Part shown: positions 11,689 through 25,281 of the stretch, piece after piece | Layout: every line of letters begins with the position of its first letter | Numbering within the stretch: the stretch's first letter is position 1 | Assembly (NCBI GenBank): GCA_043228905.1 | Contig: JBHGNT010000021.1 | Coordinates: 1,798,001-1,862,000, forward strand | Reading direction: 5' to 3' | Origin: Azolla caroliniana | Lineage: Eukaryota > Plantae > Polypodiophyta | Length of the DNA stretch: 64,000 nt | Notes under the pieces: model-generated | Told to the model about the DNA's origin: nothing | The model's input: the letters and a program-made list of their open reading frames with translations, nothing else | The model's database searches: none | Program-made: the position numbers and the translations under genes

Positions 11689-14600
11689 TGCAAAATCCTC
11701 TTGAGAAAAATATATTAGAGCAATATGCCAATAAGTAGTATTTCAATGTAAAATCCTCCTTGAACATATCACAATATCATTCTTCAACCCTGCAATATAT
11801 AGCTCAAGGTATCCACTCTTTTGTGCTCTTGTAAAGGAGGTGTTTTGAGCATAGTCAGCGAAATAATTTACAACATTACCACATTCTTTGGGATGCTTGA
11901 AACAAGATTCATGTGTTAATTATACACATTGTCAGAAATACTCTTTGGGCATATTAATCTTCCTTCCTTGCCTTCTTTTCTCTGTTTTTGGGTTCGTTGA
12001 GAACCCTCTTGCAAATAAGTAACATTTATGTACTTCCAATGGTTATTTAATTACTCCAGTACAAAACTTTTGAACCCAACAATGGGCCTTGTACGGAATG
12101 TCATGCCATCAATATACTTTTGCTGCATTAATAGAGGTGGGGGGATGGCTTTTGTCATTTGATTATTTGTGTGCATCAAATGAAATGCAGCTAAAAGTTC
12201 CTTGCCAAAGAAGTGAGATTTAATCTCCTGATTATGTGAAAAGGAGGATGTTAGAAATTTAGCTTCAATTCAAAGGAGCTATGGTGAAACATTTTAAGTA
12301 GTGAGCTCTTTGTTTTCAGGTATTTTTTGTTCTATGGTTTTGTTTTAGGGTGATACCTTGCCCTCAAAGAAATGGATTGGTTGATTATGAAACTCTTTCT
12401 TCATAATTATATATGTAGAGTAAGAAATAAAGAGTGCAAATCTTGGATCTAGGAATGATCCTAGCCTTTTGTGTTATGAACTAAAAGAGAAGTCATGAAC
12501 TCTAGTGTCAAGTACCTACCACCAATATATCAGTGGCATTGACATTGACAGTGACATGCAATAGGAGAATGGCAATTGATCACTATATTATTAAGTAGTT
12601 ATTTAGTTAATTGCTATGTCATTAATTGAGTGAAGTCAGATAGTTTGTGTTGTTTATCTTGAGTGTTAAATGTAGTTGTACTAAGCTTAGAAGCAATTGG
12701 TAATCACTTCGACTCACATAGCTAGCAATAGTAAAGATGAGTGTTTAGTCCCAAATCACGACATTGGTGAGAATTTATAACTTTTGCCAAGAACAAGGTT
12801 GACTTGACAGACCTAGGCGCCAAAACCTTTATCCTTTGAATCATATCAAGTAGTTGTTCAAGATTGGCTTTGTTATTGGAGTTACTTACAGGATGAGAAA
12901 TGGGTTTTTTTATGGCTTTCTTTAGAGTATCACAATCATGTGCATAGGTTGAATGGAAAATTGGTTTGATAGTTTTCACAATTGAGCTCTATAGATAACA
13001 TGCCATTAGAGGAGTTATCTTTTTGTGAACTAAAATGTTTACAATACCTCACAAGGTTTTATCATGATATAAAGATACTCACTATTGTACAGAGTTCACA
13101 TGGGGGCCTTTTCTATGTGGTGCGTTTTAAACATGTACTACCTTTATGAGTTATTTTAAAATGTAATTGCTCCAATCAATCATGAACTTCTTTCTTCTCT
13201 CTTTTGTTAATGGAGATTTTAGACATAAGTACAATTTCCCTAACTTACTATGTTGTTTTAAAATGTAGTTGCTTCAATAAATTAGGAACTTCTTTTTTCT
13301 CCCTTAATTTTATTTTTTCATTCTATATATATTTCCGGTGCTTATTGATATGTTTGCAAACATTTTCAAAGGATTACTTTTGTTTATACATATTGTAACT
13401 TGATCATATAATTGAGACACATCTTATAAGATGGATACAATATGAAACCCTACACATTTTTATAATGTAAATCTGCCCCGAAAACCTAAGGGTTACTCCA
13501 TTAATGCCCCACACTAGACATCTTATGATGATATGAAATGTTTTCTGGTGTTTTGAAGATTAGAATTGTTAAGGCAAGTAACCACATGCAATGGTCAAAA
13601 GGCATTTATAGATCTCGGGCTCTCCTCATATGGTGATGCATACTCGTCGTTTGTCATACACCCCCCTCTTTCCATATATGTATATGATCATGCAAACTTG
13701 CCATTTGACATGTTGCCCTCTTTCCTTAACTGCCACATGTTTGTGTCTTGATGGTGTCTTTAGCTCATTTTGTGCAACACCCTTTCTAATTTCTTTATGT
13801 TTTTCCCTCTATGGCACTTATTGTAACTTGTCACCCTCTCTAGTTTCTTTTTGTTTTTCTTGTTTATTCTCTATGGCACTTACAACCCCTAAAATGGTTG
13901 TCCTATCCAAGTGGGGACAACAAACATTTCCTTTTCTTGTTAGGCGTGGAATCATCCCTATGCACTCTTAATTTTTTTTTAACAAAAGAAGAATATACTC
14001 CATTAGTTAAAATGACATACAATACACAATTTAGACATTACCTACTTCCATATGGACTACATCACTTATTTATCTTACACTAAATAGCCCACATGTTTGT
14101 TCTCCATGTTTGTCGTGCACTCTTAATTTTTTTGTTGAGAGATAACAAAAACTGGACACTTCCGTGTTTTTCCTAAATTTTCATGGACATCATCATAAAG
14201 AAGCTATACTATAATCGTAGCATATTACTTTGGACATCACAAATGGAACTTCACAAAATTCTTAGAGTAGAACATTTGTTAAGTCCATTTAGTTCAAGGC
14301 TCAAGCCTATATAGAGTTATTATTCACGACTTAGAATAAAATCCACCACAAGCAATGGGAAATAGATTGCTAGAAAATATTGGTTGTAGTCTGTAGATAT
14401 TAACCAAAGTGTCAATTGTATATATGTTTGGAAAACTAATGGAACTATTTTACTCAATTAAAACTTCTGGAAAACAATCAAGAATGTTTGCAACAATGCA
14501 TTATGTTTATAGATCCAATGACTTTATACATATTTGAAAAATATATGGGAAATGATGGCAATAATGAAATGCCCTTATAAATGGGAAAATTAGAATGGTT

Positions 14601-15136
14601 TCTTGTGGAGAGTTAATGAATATATACAATTTGTAATCCACCATAAGCTAGCCATCTACATCCAATAATGACCATATTGCATAACATGTACGGATGAAGA
14701 GATTGCATATCAATCGATGCATGCAAAATTGGAACAAGCAATTTGTCGAATCTATCATCATACCATGTATAATGTTTTCATATATGATGCAATATACAAC
14801 AATGTAATATAATTAGCATACATGTATGTATGGTAGTAATCATACCCATCATGCATTAGCAAGACCTTGAAGAGGCAAACATTCAACAAAATAATACTCA
14901 AAACATTATAGAAATACAATGATCTCATAGTTTATTACATATAAGATTAATTGTTGGCGATCTTCAAGAAGACTCATAGAGATGATCTTTCTCCAATGCC
15001 AAGAGCTCTCACATAGTCTTATATGAAATTACTGAGTAGATAAAATGGATGGATAACACCATGTTGATGTGAAGAAAACCCCAGATCTATGTCATGTGTG
15101 TAAAAAACACACAATATGTGGACTTACAATCATGTA

Positions 15137-15328
15137 TTAAACTTGAATGACACCTACGAAGTGTTTCCCTTGGGTGAAATATTTGTATTGTCCATCCATG
15201 AGACGAGCATCTGTGTGGCCACCGAGAAACCTACGTGCCTGCACATACTCCATACCCATCAACATGGTCATGCTCATCATCATCACCATGACCATTATCA
15301 TAATCATCATCTTCTGTATGCTCTTCAT
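15137..15328 (-). CDS. Putative small secreted peptide precursor (63 aa, or first exon)
   Basis: MKSIQK, then a hydrophobic Met/Ile/Val stretch, then VQA|RRFL, resembling a signal peptide followed by the 'ARxL' cleavage context common in plant peptide precursors. GA-rich leader upstream. No family recognised. Confidence 0.4.
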   Translation of the reverse strand: MKSIQKMMIMIMVMVMMMSMTMLMGMEYVQARRFLGGHTDARLMDGQYKYFTQGKHFVGVIQV

Positions 15329-17832
15329 CTTTGCCTCCCTGTTTTTTTTTCGTCCTTCCTTTCTTGCTTCTTCTTGTGTCTTTTTATCATTGAAAAGGAG
15401 AAGGCTTCTTTGTATTGAATGGTCTAACCAAGGAAGAAGACTTTTTGTCATTGACTTTTATGTATTCATTAAACAAAATTCCCTAGAAATACCCCTCAGT
15501 TTTTTAAAAGTACCTAGAATACCCCTATACAGTCGTTTTGTGTAGGCGTATCATAACAAATGCCCAACATTTTTTTAACATACTCGTAATGTTTATCAAT
15601 ACTACCCAAAATATCATAACGTAGTTGTTTTTTGCACATGAATAGTATAGAATAATACCCAACAAGTTGAAGGTATTCTTGGTGTTTTTCCCAATGATAA
15701 ATAATACATATACTTTTTTTCTAAAGGATCGCAAAATCTTGAGGGCACCTAAAGCGTATGTTTTGAAAACTTTTCCTAAAGTGCTTTAAGAAGAAGGTTG
15801 TGTTATTTGATAAAGGATAAACATGCACTTGCTTTTATTGGTTCGTGTTAGACGTGAGCTCTACCACATTGAGTCTGAATCCAACCTAAGATCTCACTAT
15901 TTGATGAAGGATTCAAAAATAGTACCAAACGTTTTGCACTTTAAAAGTTTGTTAAAAGTAAGAAGATGCACTAGTGTATAATATAAAATACATGAATGAT
16001 GGATAAAAGAACATTCCACTTTCATTCAACTAGGACAATTCAAGATACACACAACATGTTTCTTGTCCACACAAATATATCGTGCTATAAACCATAATAT
16101 ATATATATATATATATTCAATGGGATGGTCCTTACTACTCCTTAACATGAGATCATAAGTTGAGCATCAAACCAAATGAGTTGATTCAGCAAATTTATTT
16201 GCTTTGGAATGGCAATATCAAGCATACCAAGAGAGAGAATCGTTAACAAGAGCATTTTGTCAACAATTAAATTTAAACGCGATAATGTTCACGGAGAAGA
16301 ATCTTTGATTCAAAAGGAACATTATAATACTCTAGTATGTATAGTATTGAAACATTGTTATATTATTTATGTGTTTTTAAGTGAAGCAATTAGTGAAACT
16401 TGCTTTTAATATGCTTTTTAATAGTGTCGCGGTGAGGTTTGTGTTTGTGATAATGTTATCACTAATTTATGACAACCTTAATAATGACTTCGTTAGTTGT
16501 TTCGTATGCATGCCACTAATAACGGACCTAGTGTACATGTGTTGATGGATGATGTTATGCAAAACTTTCTTGACTCTCCGTTGATGAAGAATTTGTATTT
16601 AGTGTCACAAACACAAATATATGGTCCCCATGATATGGCCAATAGGAAGGATATATGGGATATAAATGTCAACAATGTTCCCTTGCGTTCATGCACATTC
16701 TATGCATATTGATTACCAAACTTATAGGTATGAACCATGTCGATGTGGCTCTTTATTGTGCATGGTTGTGATATGAATAAGGTCCTTTGTGGACTTGTAG
16801 TTATTGTGGTTGCATGAAAAAACATGGGTGAGATTGAAACGTAATTAGCGATTTTTTCATGGTACGCTTTTACTTGTTTGTTACTTCTCCTTGGATTGCA
16901 TCAATTTGGTTATTAAACAACTATATCAAAGACTATTAGATTCTACAAGCACTAAAGGTTGCAAACATAGGCTAACCCACACCATATACTTATACTTTAG
17001 TTTAGATAAAGAAAGATGGTTGTAATGGGTTGCACCTTTATAAATGATGTGTATGTGTTGACAAATCATAATACGAGGTGCCATATTGTTCAAAACTACG
17101 GTAATAAATTGATAATTGTAGCGTAGGGCATGCGGAAATGCATAAGATGTATGTAAACTATGTGTCGCTTGTTTTAAGGATGGCTAAGATTTTGCGTAAA
17201 AGGTACTTAAGGAATATTCCCTCGAATCAAGTAAATTAGGTTAGTAGATTCCTTTTGATACGAGTAGGGTGATTCAACTAATTTAGAATCTTCATGTATT
17301 GTATACATTGTTTTTATTTTGAAAAGATATCCATTCATTCGTTTAAATAATTTACAAAGTTCTTGATTCCTAAGTGATGGGTTGAGGGAACAACCATCTT
17401 GGTAGCTAAAAGTGCCAAAAAGGAGTGCTATTCTTTGAGGACATAAGTGGAGTAGCTTTCCACAAAGTAAGAAACTGATGGTGCTAAGCAACTTTATCAT
17501 TTGAGTCTCCAATAATGGTTGCACCTCCTTCTTTATCCTTAAAAACTGCAAAGACACTAATGGAGAACACAAACACTTCTAGAGTTAGTGTGAAAACCAT
17601 GGTCCATAGATTCAACATCATAATGGAAAACGGCGTGGACAAGTGATGTCCAAACCACCATTCCCCATGTGAATACTGATGGGGGAAAGTAATTAGCAAA
17701 TATTCTAAGGAGGCGTTGCCATACCATTTGAGACTCAATGCAGTTCCATAGACAATGTTTCTGAGTTTCCGCTTGTGAATACATACATACGTACATACAT
17801 GCATGCATGCATACATACTAAACTAAACTATA

Positions 17833-17833
<1 letters not shown>

Positions 17834-17887
<54 letters not shown>
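17834..17887. repeat. (CA)n microsatellite
   Basis: Pure CA tract seen directly. Confidence 0.95.
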
Positions 17888-17889
<2 letters not shown>

Positions 17890-20716
17890 TGGAATCGTAA
17901 TCTCGTAGGCCTAAATACTTGACTCTCTTTCGTTGGATGCATTGGATGGGACTATCAATGTGCAAATAAGGGATTTGGGCAATGTAAATATTTGTGTTCA
18001 CAACTTGTTAGAAGGGGCCACAAGTGGACTAAAGGAAATCAAGGCCTAATGATCATTCCACTTCCAAAAGTAAAATGGGGGGCCAATGACTTCCAAAAGA
18101 GAAAAGAGAATGACAATCACGAACAAGATACTAATTTATATTATGATTATAATCCTACATATAAACGACTTTGTTGATCATGTATCACCTTTCAATTATT
18201 GAAGATGTTTATATGTCTCTTGTCACATTAACCTAAGTAGAGTCTCTATGGGTGGCAAATTATTGCTATCTAGAAGGAATTAATTGAATCGAGAACCCAA
18301 GTCTCTTTTTAAAGGAAAAAAAGACATTAGCTCACTTTTTTTTTGGGGGGGGGGGGGGGGGGGGGGGCTTAACATTTCATACACCCATATAAATGTTTCT
18401 CTTCACTCCAATATAAATCACCAATAAAAACAATTCTTGGTATAGATGTCTTGCACTAGCCTATACACAAAATTGTTGAAGCAAAGGAAAAGAAAATGTA
18501 TATATTTTCACTTCATCGCGAATGAGTGTTGTGAAATGCAAAGTTGTTTGTTATACGAACCATCATTTACATTTTTATGTCAAACGTGTGAATCAGACCT
18601 TAAACAAATGTCAGATAAACAACACATTTAATGTATTAAAATCTCACAAAAGTTGGAGGAACCTTTGTAAATGGAAGCAAATTGGTGTTAGGTTCTCAAA
18701 AAGAGATTGTTAGAATTATACATCAATGGATCCAACCATCCCAATCTTGACAATTAGGTGAAACTTGTGTTACACCTCATATGTTTAGTTGAGTTGTTAA
18801 ATATAAAACATTTAGTTGTTCTCTCCTAACTAATGGGAAAGTAGCTTCTTTTTTTGGGGGCGAAAACCATCTAAATTTTTATTTTCCAATTTTTTTTTAC
18901 TACTTCCATTAGTTAAGAATAAGTACATAGGATGATATACAACTCATACGTTACAAGTAAATTTGCATGGCTACAAGAAAACATGTATAAAGGAATGGCT
19001 ACAAGAAAACAAAGCCTCAACACAATATTACTCGACAAAATCCCCTCAACAGGTAAATGAGATCAATATTGGCACTTCAAGATATGGTAAATGCAATGCA
19101 AACATTAATTACCATATCAAAATGTTTGGAGTATATTTGCAATGAGCCCATTTCAAGCTTGTTAAAGTTGACATGAACTACAAAAAAGAAATAAGTTCAA
19201 ATAAGTCTCATATTCTTGAACTTGGTCGGAGGGTGATTCCTTGATTTATGTATAAGCCACCATGTATAGTCTTTCTGTAATAGTCTCTCCTAACTAATGG
19301 GAAAGTAGCTTCTTTTTGGGAAAAAGAGAGTTAATTTCATGTTACTAAATACTAGCCAACATTCTTGAGGCCAATTGCTTCCCCCACAACCCCTTAGGGG
19401 ATCGTATGGAAAAATCAAAGTAAAGGTATACTGTATTAATTCAGTAATTTCTATGAAGTTTATTATGTCCTTTCTAATATCACTCCAATGCACAACAAAT
19501 ACATGTATGTTGAAGAAGATACAGTTGAAGCATATGATGAATGTCTATAGTTTCATTTAGTTAAAGACAATAGACCATCCACATTATCTTATCAATATAA
19601 CCTTGAAAACTACAAAACATAGGTAATCCAACTTATAGCAATACCAAGATTATTAAATGTTCATAGGCTGATTTGATATACTCGTGTACCAATATGATAG
19701 GTGTTGGAGGTACAATAACAATCTGTCGTTTTTTAAAACTAACATGTGATGCCATATCATTAGCCATCCGATTGTTATTCATCTCTATGTATAGCACAAT
19801 GAATATAGTATTACCACTCTAACGAATGAATATAGTATTACCACTCAGATGCTCATTATAATCATTCATTGAAATACACATTTGAGTTAGTTTCAAGATA
19901 CATGTGCACATAAGCAATAATAACCTCTCTAAAACCATTGATATAAGCATAAATTGAGTTAGTTTCCATGATACTTGGGTTAGATACAAGCTTTACTAGT
20001 CAGATTACAATGTGTAATCTTCGTATATCAATATATGAACATTAGTTGACAATGTGCTCCTAAAACACATTGCTGTATCTCCAAAACTTATAAGCTGTTT
20101 TCATTCAGCTAAAGTTGGAATGTACACCCACAATGAATCATGTCATTAAAAAAAGGTAGTTGGGGTTTGAAAAAGGTGGATTTCTTGTTTATGATGATGA
20201 TGAAGACATCATAGTTGACAAGAAAACACAACGATGCTTACATGGATGGAGCTCACAGATATCTCCAGAAATTTGAGCACAGGCTTTTTACAACATGTTT
20301 AGTGTTATGAAGATATATTTGGCAATGTCTTTATGTGTTACTCCAATGATGATTCATTCATGTGTCGCACCATCATTCACCCTAGGGTAGTAAAACATTA
20401 TGCATATTGGAAATCTTGGCTTGTGAATGAGCAAAGAGTGAAGGGGAAAAAAACAAAATACACAGATTTCACATACACAATAGTCTCTATGTAACCACTG
20501 ATGGGAAATGAGAATACTGGAGAAATTTCAATATAGATCAAAAGTATGTTGATGTATCGAAAGAAAGACAAAAAGGGAAGGGGGCAAGAGTTCCAAATTT
20601 AAGCTCAAAGAACTCAACAACAGAAAAACATGCTCCAAAAAGCCCAAAAAGAAAACAGCTTATGTGTTTTTGTAAAAAGCTAATCCATCCATGATGAGGG
20701 GGCATACATATGTTGA

Positions 20717-23700
20717 TTACACCAGAGAAAGGCTACTCTCTCCTCCTGGTGGCTTTTTAATGCCACCCAGGCAATCGCGACCTACCGGTTTCTCATCGGC
20801 AAAGATATCGTTTCCACTCATCTCTCTCAGCTTTGCCACACTCATTGGCTTCTCCGAAGTGCTGGATGGGGGCGAATGCCCAGTAAAGATGTTGTTTCCC
20901 GTCAGCTCTGCCACCTTCTGATTATGCACCTTCCTTGCCGTTGTCTCCGTCGTATCCTGCCCAAATGTTATCTGGCTTCGACCTCCTGCGGGCTATACAT
21001 ACGCATTCACAAGTCTCACCAATCAGTGTTCAACGTCCATTTTAGCTTCCAAACAATGTGTACATGTTAAGTGTATGTGTTGCTTACATTGGATACTTTG
21101 ACAGATGTTCGGACATTTCGTGGTGCAGGCTCTACGGGTTCCTTGACATCCCTCACCTCTTCTCGCGCTTCCAACGTGCGATTCGAAGAACGAGCAGGTA
21201 CTTCAGGAGGAGGACCAAAGATATCACTACCCACCAATTCCTTTGATTTTGCGTTTGAGAATTGCCTTCTCACATGGATGTCTGCTATCGTTTCTTGGCT
21301 TCCGCTAAGTTCGCGTTGTTTTGCTACTTCAGGTAGTGATGTTGGTTTTTTTGGTGAAAGGCTACCATCTTCGCCGAAAGAGATTTGACTTAGACCACCT
21401 GCTGGCTGCCATGACCAGAAATAAACTCATATGAATAGAGGACCGATTTTTTATTTGTCTTCCACAGATGAAATAAAGGACAAGCATAAATGACCAGCCA
21501 TCTTTACAGCATCACAATTGAAGCTGAAATATGCAAAATCGCTGTAGGTTTGACGGGTCCAACACAGGAAGCATACAAACACACACATATATACATGTGT
21601 AAGGTCTCAGTCTCTGTTACACATAATTATAAACGTGTGTACATTCATAGAATGAGGCTAAAATAAGTCTCTTTCTATGCATGTACACACTCACAGATTG
21701 TCTCTCTACACATATAGACAGTGGATATCTGTATTGACATGTGCGTCTCTTTTAAACAGGGATGTATGCATAAATAATGGTTTTTCTGTGCATACATATC
21801 GTGTACTTAACTAGTGAGGACAGTTTTTGTTTTCCAAACATGTAGCACAAATAGCAAGTTCAAAATGCTACCATTACACATCAAATGAAGAAGCATATAG
21901 AAACAAAAAATGTAACGCCAACAATAAGATTTTTAGTCTGCACATTAATTTGTGTTTTTTTATAAACCTGATTGACACGAACACTCGGTCGGTCCAGAGT
22001 GGATACTACACCATTGAGTGAATCTATGCCATCAATTTCGGATTCAGCTCCAAATATCCCACTTCCTGTCATTTCACGCCTCTTGGTATCAGAGCCAGGT
22101 CTCCTGATACTTCCAAAACGGAACAAGAAAAACCCATCTTTCTTCAGTAAATGGGGTAAATTGGTTTACACATCTTACAGATTTAAATTGGCTGAGCTAT
22201 CACAAGCATATAAATGTTGATCCTATGGCATTCATCTGATGGTTTATAAAACACAGCTTGTTTTGGGTTATGGCATTAGAAAAAAAGCACAGGAAGTATA
22301 AATATTTCATACCTTCTCAATGCAGCATCAGCTTCTTCGGGCGTAAGATGTTCTCCAAAAGAAATCGTGCTAAGACCGCCTGCAGGCTACTTCATTAAAA
22401 CCCTAGACGATTAGTGGTGCAAACACAATGAATCAATTTGGAAAACACACAACAGATATGTTATGATTTAGATTCCCTAAGTAGTTACTAAAGACCACCT
22501 GCAGGATACTTCATTAAAACCCAAGATGATTTATGTTGCAAAGACAATGAATAAATTTAGAAAACACACAACAAATATATTATGATTTAGATTCCCTATG
22601 TAGTTAATATGACCCCTACCATATAGATACAAACAGCATCTCTCAAACCATAGGGACATGCTTATATTTGGATATAGAATTGACTTTGTCAATTATGGTT
22701 ATGAATTTGTAATGGCTTTGTTTTGCTTTACACTCCTCTACCTTTATATCATGAATGTAAATGGAACAGAATTTGTGGTGCAAAGACAATGAATCAAATT
22801 GCAAAACTCACAACAGATATATATTATGATTTAGACATCCTGAGTAGTTAAAATTGAGAGAACCCAGGTTCGACCCTCGTCATGGGTTAGGCCCCGTCTC
22901 ATAGATCACAATCGGTCTCCCATGGACGTTAAAAAGATCTCTCTCTCTTTCCCATAAAAACAATATATATATTAAAACAACATAGCAATATAAAATACCT
23001 TTCTTCTCCCTAGTAACAATACCGAGTATCATATCGCAAGGGAAATCGCGACTAACTAAAATAAAGGCAAAGCCTCTGAGGAAAAGGTGCCCATAGACCT
23101 TAGTTATGAAAACTACCAAATCAATGAACCTTCAGCCTACATACCTGTTGCAATATGCCATGGAGACTATCAAACGAAAACTCATTTCATATACTCCAAT
23201 TGTACCATAGACACCAGTACCTAAGGTAGTCAAGCACTATCTTATACAATGGATACCATTTGGGAAAACCCACTTATAGGGCAGCAAAAACTTTCTTAGC
23301 TAACAATGCCCAGAGGTACAACATACCCCAAATCTGTGATTGGCATCCTCCTAGATTAGTGTATAAGAAAAACATATCCCACCTTAACTGCATCGATATT
23401 TTCAGGCTGCCACCAAAGGCAACCATCAAACAAAATTTCCTGCCAAAGAAACACTTCCACACAAAATGGAATATAAGATTGCCATCCAGTGTCCAACACT
23501 TGAGACTGCCATCCTATATATCAGATAATGTGACACTTGATCAATCTCCAACTTCATTGCAAGGAGAGCACTAAGTTTTGAACCATAACAGATTTTGGTC
23601 AAGCTCTATTGACACTATGCCGCAATATGACCTTGCAAATACAGTAGGAGTGCTCCACCTATGCAAATTGGATGCACATAGATCTCCATAAAGCCTAGCC

Positions 23701-24551
23701 AACCCTGACTTCATTGTTTTTTCAATACTATATAATTTGGAGGATGAGCCATTTAATCAAGTGATTTCTTTGTCCATTGTAGGACCAGTGAAAAATAAGA
23801 AATCATGGGAATCATTAAATTTTTGCACCATTTTGGGTCATGTAGTGAATGGCCAAGACTGAGACTTCCAATAAATAGCTTTAGGCTAAGAATGTGCCCG
23901 ATATCCAAGTCAAAAATTTGATAGTGTAATACATTAACATTAATAGGGTAACATATGTGGCAACAAACATTAACTTATTTTAAAATTTTGGTGATGCTAT
24001 TTAAGATGAACCAAAATATTTCAGAGGACCGGCTAAGCACAAACTTACAGCCGATTAATGTATAATCCTGAGGCCAAGGATGGCTCTCACTCACTCATTC
24101 TCTCTATCTAATTCACTTTACTTGACTACAAGATCATTGTGAGCTCTCACACAGGTAAAAAAAGAAGTTTTAACACTAATCATATGTAGGTACCTCTTCA
24201 GAGAAACTTTTGTGATAATGTCACCACTATATAGAAAACGGAGAGGGAGACAGGGAGAGAAAGAGAAGGAGGAAGTAAAAGAAAAAGGAGAAGGTCGCGA
24301 ATAAATACCTGATGCATTCTGATAGTAGGGCGTCCCACGGGGCTACTGGATGCAGACGGATCATCTCCTACTGCCACAAAACTAGCAACGGACTGATGAT
24401 CTGAAGAAGACAAAGAAACACGCAGAAGATCGGACGCAATGAGACCTGCATCTTCAGCGGACGTAGGAGGAGGAGGATGAGATGGGGGACCATCAGACCA
24501 GCTGAAAAGATCGAAGGTAGAAGCTCCCCCTGGAGGTCTTCGAGCTGCCAT
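20717..24551 (-). CDS. DUF4057-family (HN1-like, PAGG-repeat) protein, 348 aa, 5 exons
   Basis: Exons 24309-24551, 22313-22386, 21968-22103, 21088-21405, 20717-20992, all GT-AG and in phase. Motifs DLFSWS, PAGGLSTISFGE, KRREMTGSGIF, EVAKQRELSG, SNAKSKELVGSDIFGPPPE, KVAELTGNNIF, AKLREMSGNDIF and C-terminal KPPGGESSLSLV. Confidence 0.92.
22372..22606. repeat. 119-bp tandem duplication spanning the exon-2 acceptor of the DUF4057 gene
   Basis: aagacc(g/a)cctgcagg(c/a)tacttcattaaaaccc... at 22372 and 22491; partial third copy ~22773-22850. Confidence 0.9.
23100..23800 (-). mobile_element. Decayed LINE 3' (zf-RVT-like) fragment in intron 1 of the DUF4057 gene
   Basis: Trp/Cys-rich minus-strand translation (GCQSQIWG, LYLWALL) resembling the C-terminus of L1 ORF2; heavily degenerate. 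Confidence 0.35.
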
Positions 24552-24785
24552 GTCTTCTTTCTTCTGTAAGGTTGCTCTTTCTTTGATTCTCCTTCTCTCG
24601 CGATCCGTGATCTTCTTGCTTTGCTCTTCTTAAGAAGCTGGGAGCATTGGAGAGGGACTGAACCTGAGCTACCTAGGGTTTCTCCTTCTCCTTCTTCTTC
24701 TTCTTCAACACGCAGGCAGGCACCGAAGAGGATCGAGCAGCAGTAGAGTACAGAGCTCACTCCTCTGTTTTATGTCTGTAGCCAA

Positions 24786-25281
24786 TACATACATACATAC
24801 ATATAATGCATACATACATATAATACATACATACATACATACATACATACATACATACATACAATACAATACAATACATACATACATACAATACAATACA
24901 TACATACATACAATACAATACAATACAATACATACAATACAATACATACAATACAATACATACAATACAATACATACAGTACATACACACACACACACAC
25001 ACACATACATACATACATACATACATACATACATACATACATACATACATACATACATACATACATACATACATACATACATACATACATACATACATAC
25101 ATACATACATACATACATACATACAATACAATACAATACAATACATACACACACACACACACACACACACATTCATACAATACATACACACACATACATA
25201 CAATACATACAATACAATACAATACAATACAATACAATACAATACATACAGTACATACATACATACATGATACATACATAT
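24786..25281. repeat. Compound (TACA)n/(TACAA)n/(CA)n microsatellite upstream of the DUF4057 gene
   Basis: Seen directly; it explains the spurious MYVC/YIHT ORFs. Confidence 0.97.

Noticed and set aside
16400-17780. Several 60-120 aa ORFs, possibly a decayed transposase
   Set aside because: No recognisable domain or consistent splice structure.
18346-18367. Poly-G/C runs (also ~25435, ~46348, ~57424)
   Set aside because: Homopolymers whose length is unreliable in assemblies; no functional context visible.
22084-22097. Perfect tRNA-Met PBS-like tggtatcagagcca
   Set aside because: It is the antisense of codons G-S-D-T-K in a conserved DUF4057 exon, with no adjacent LTR.
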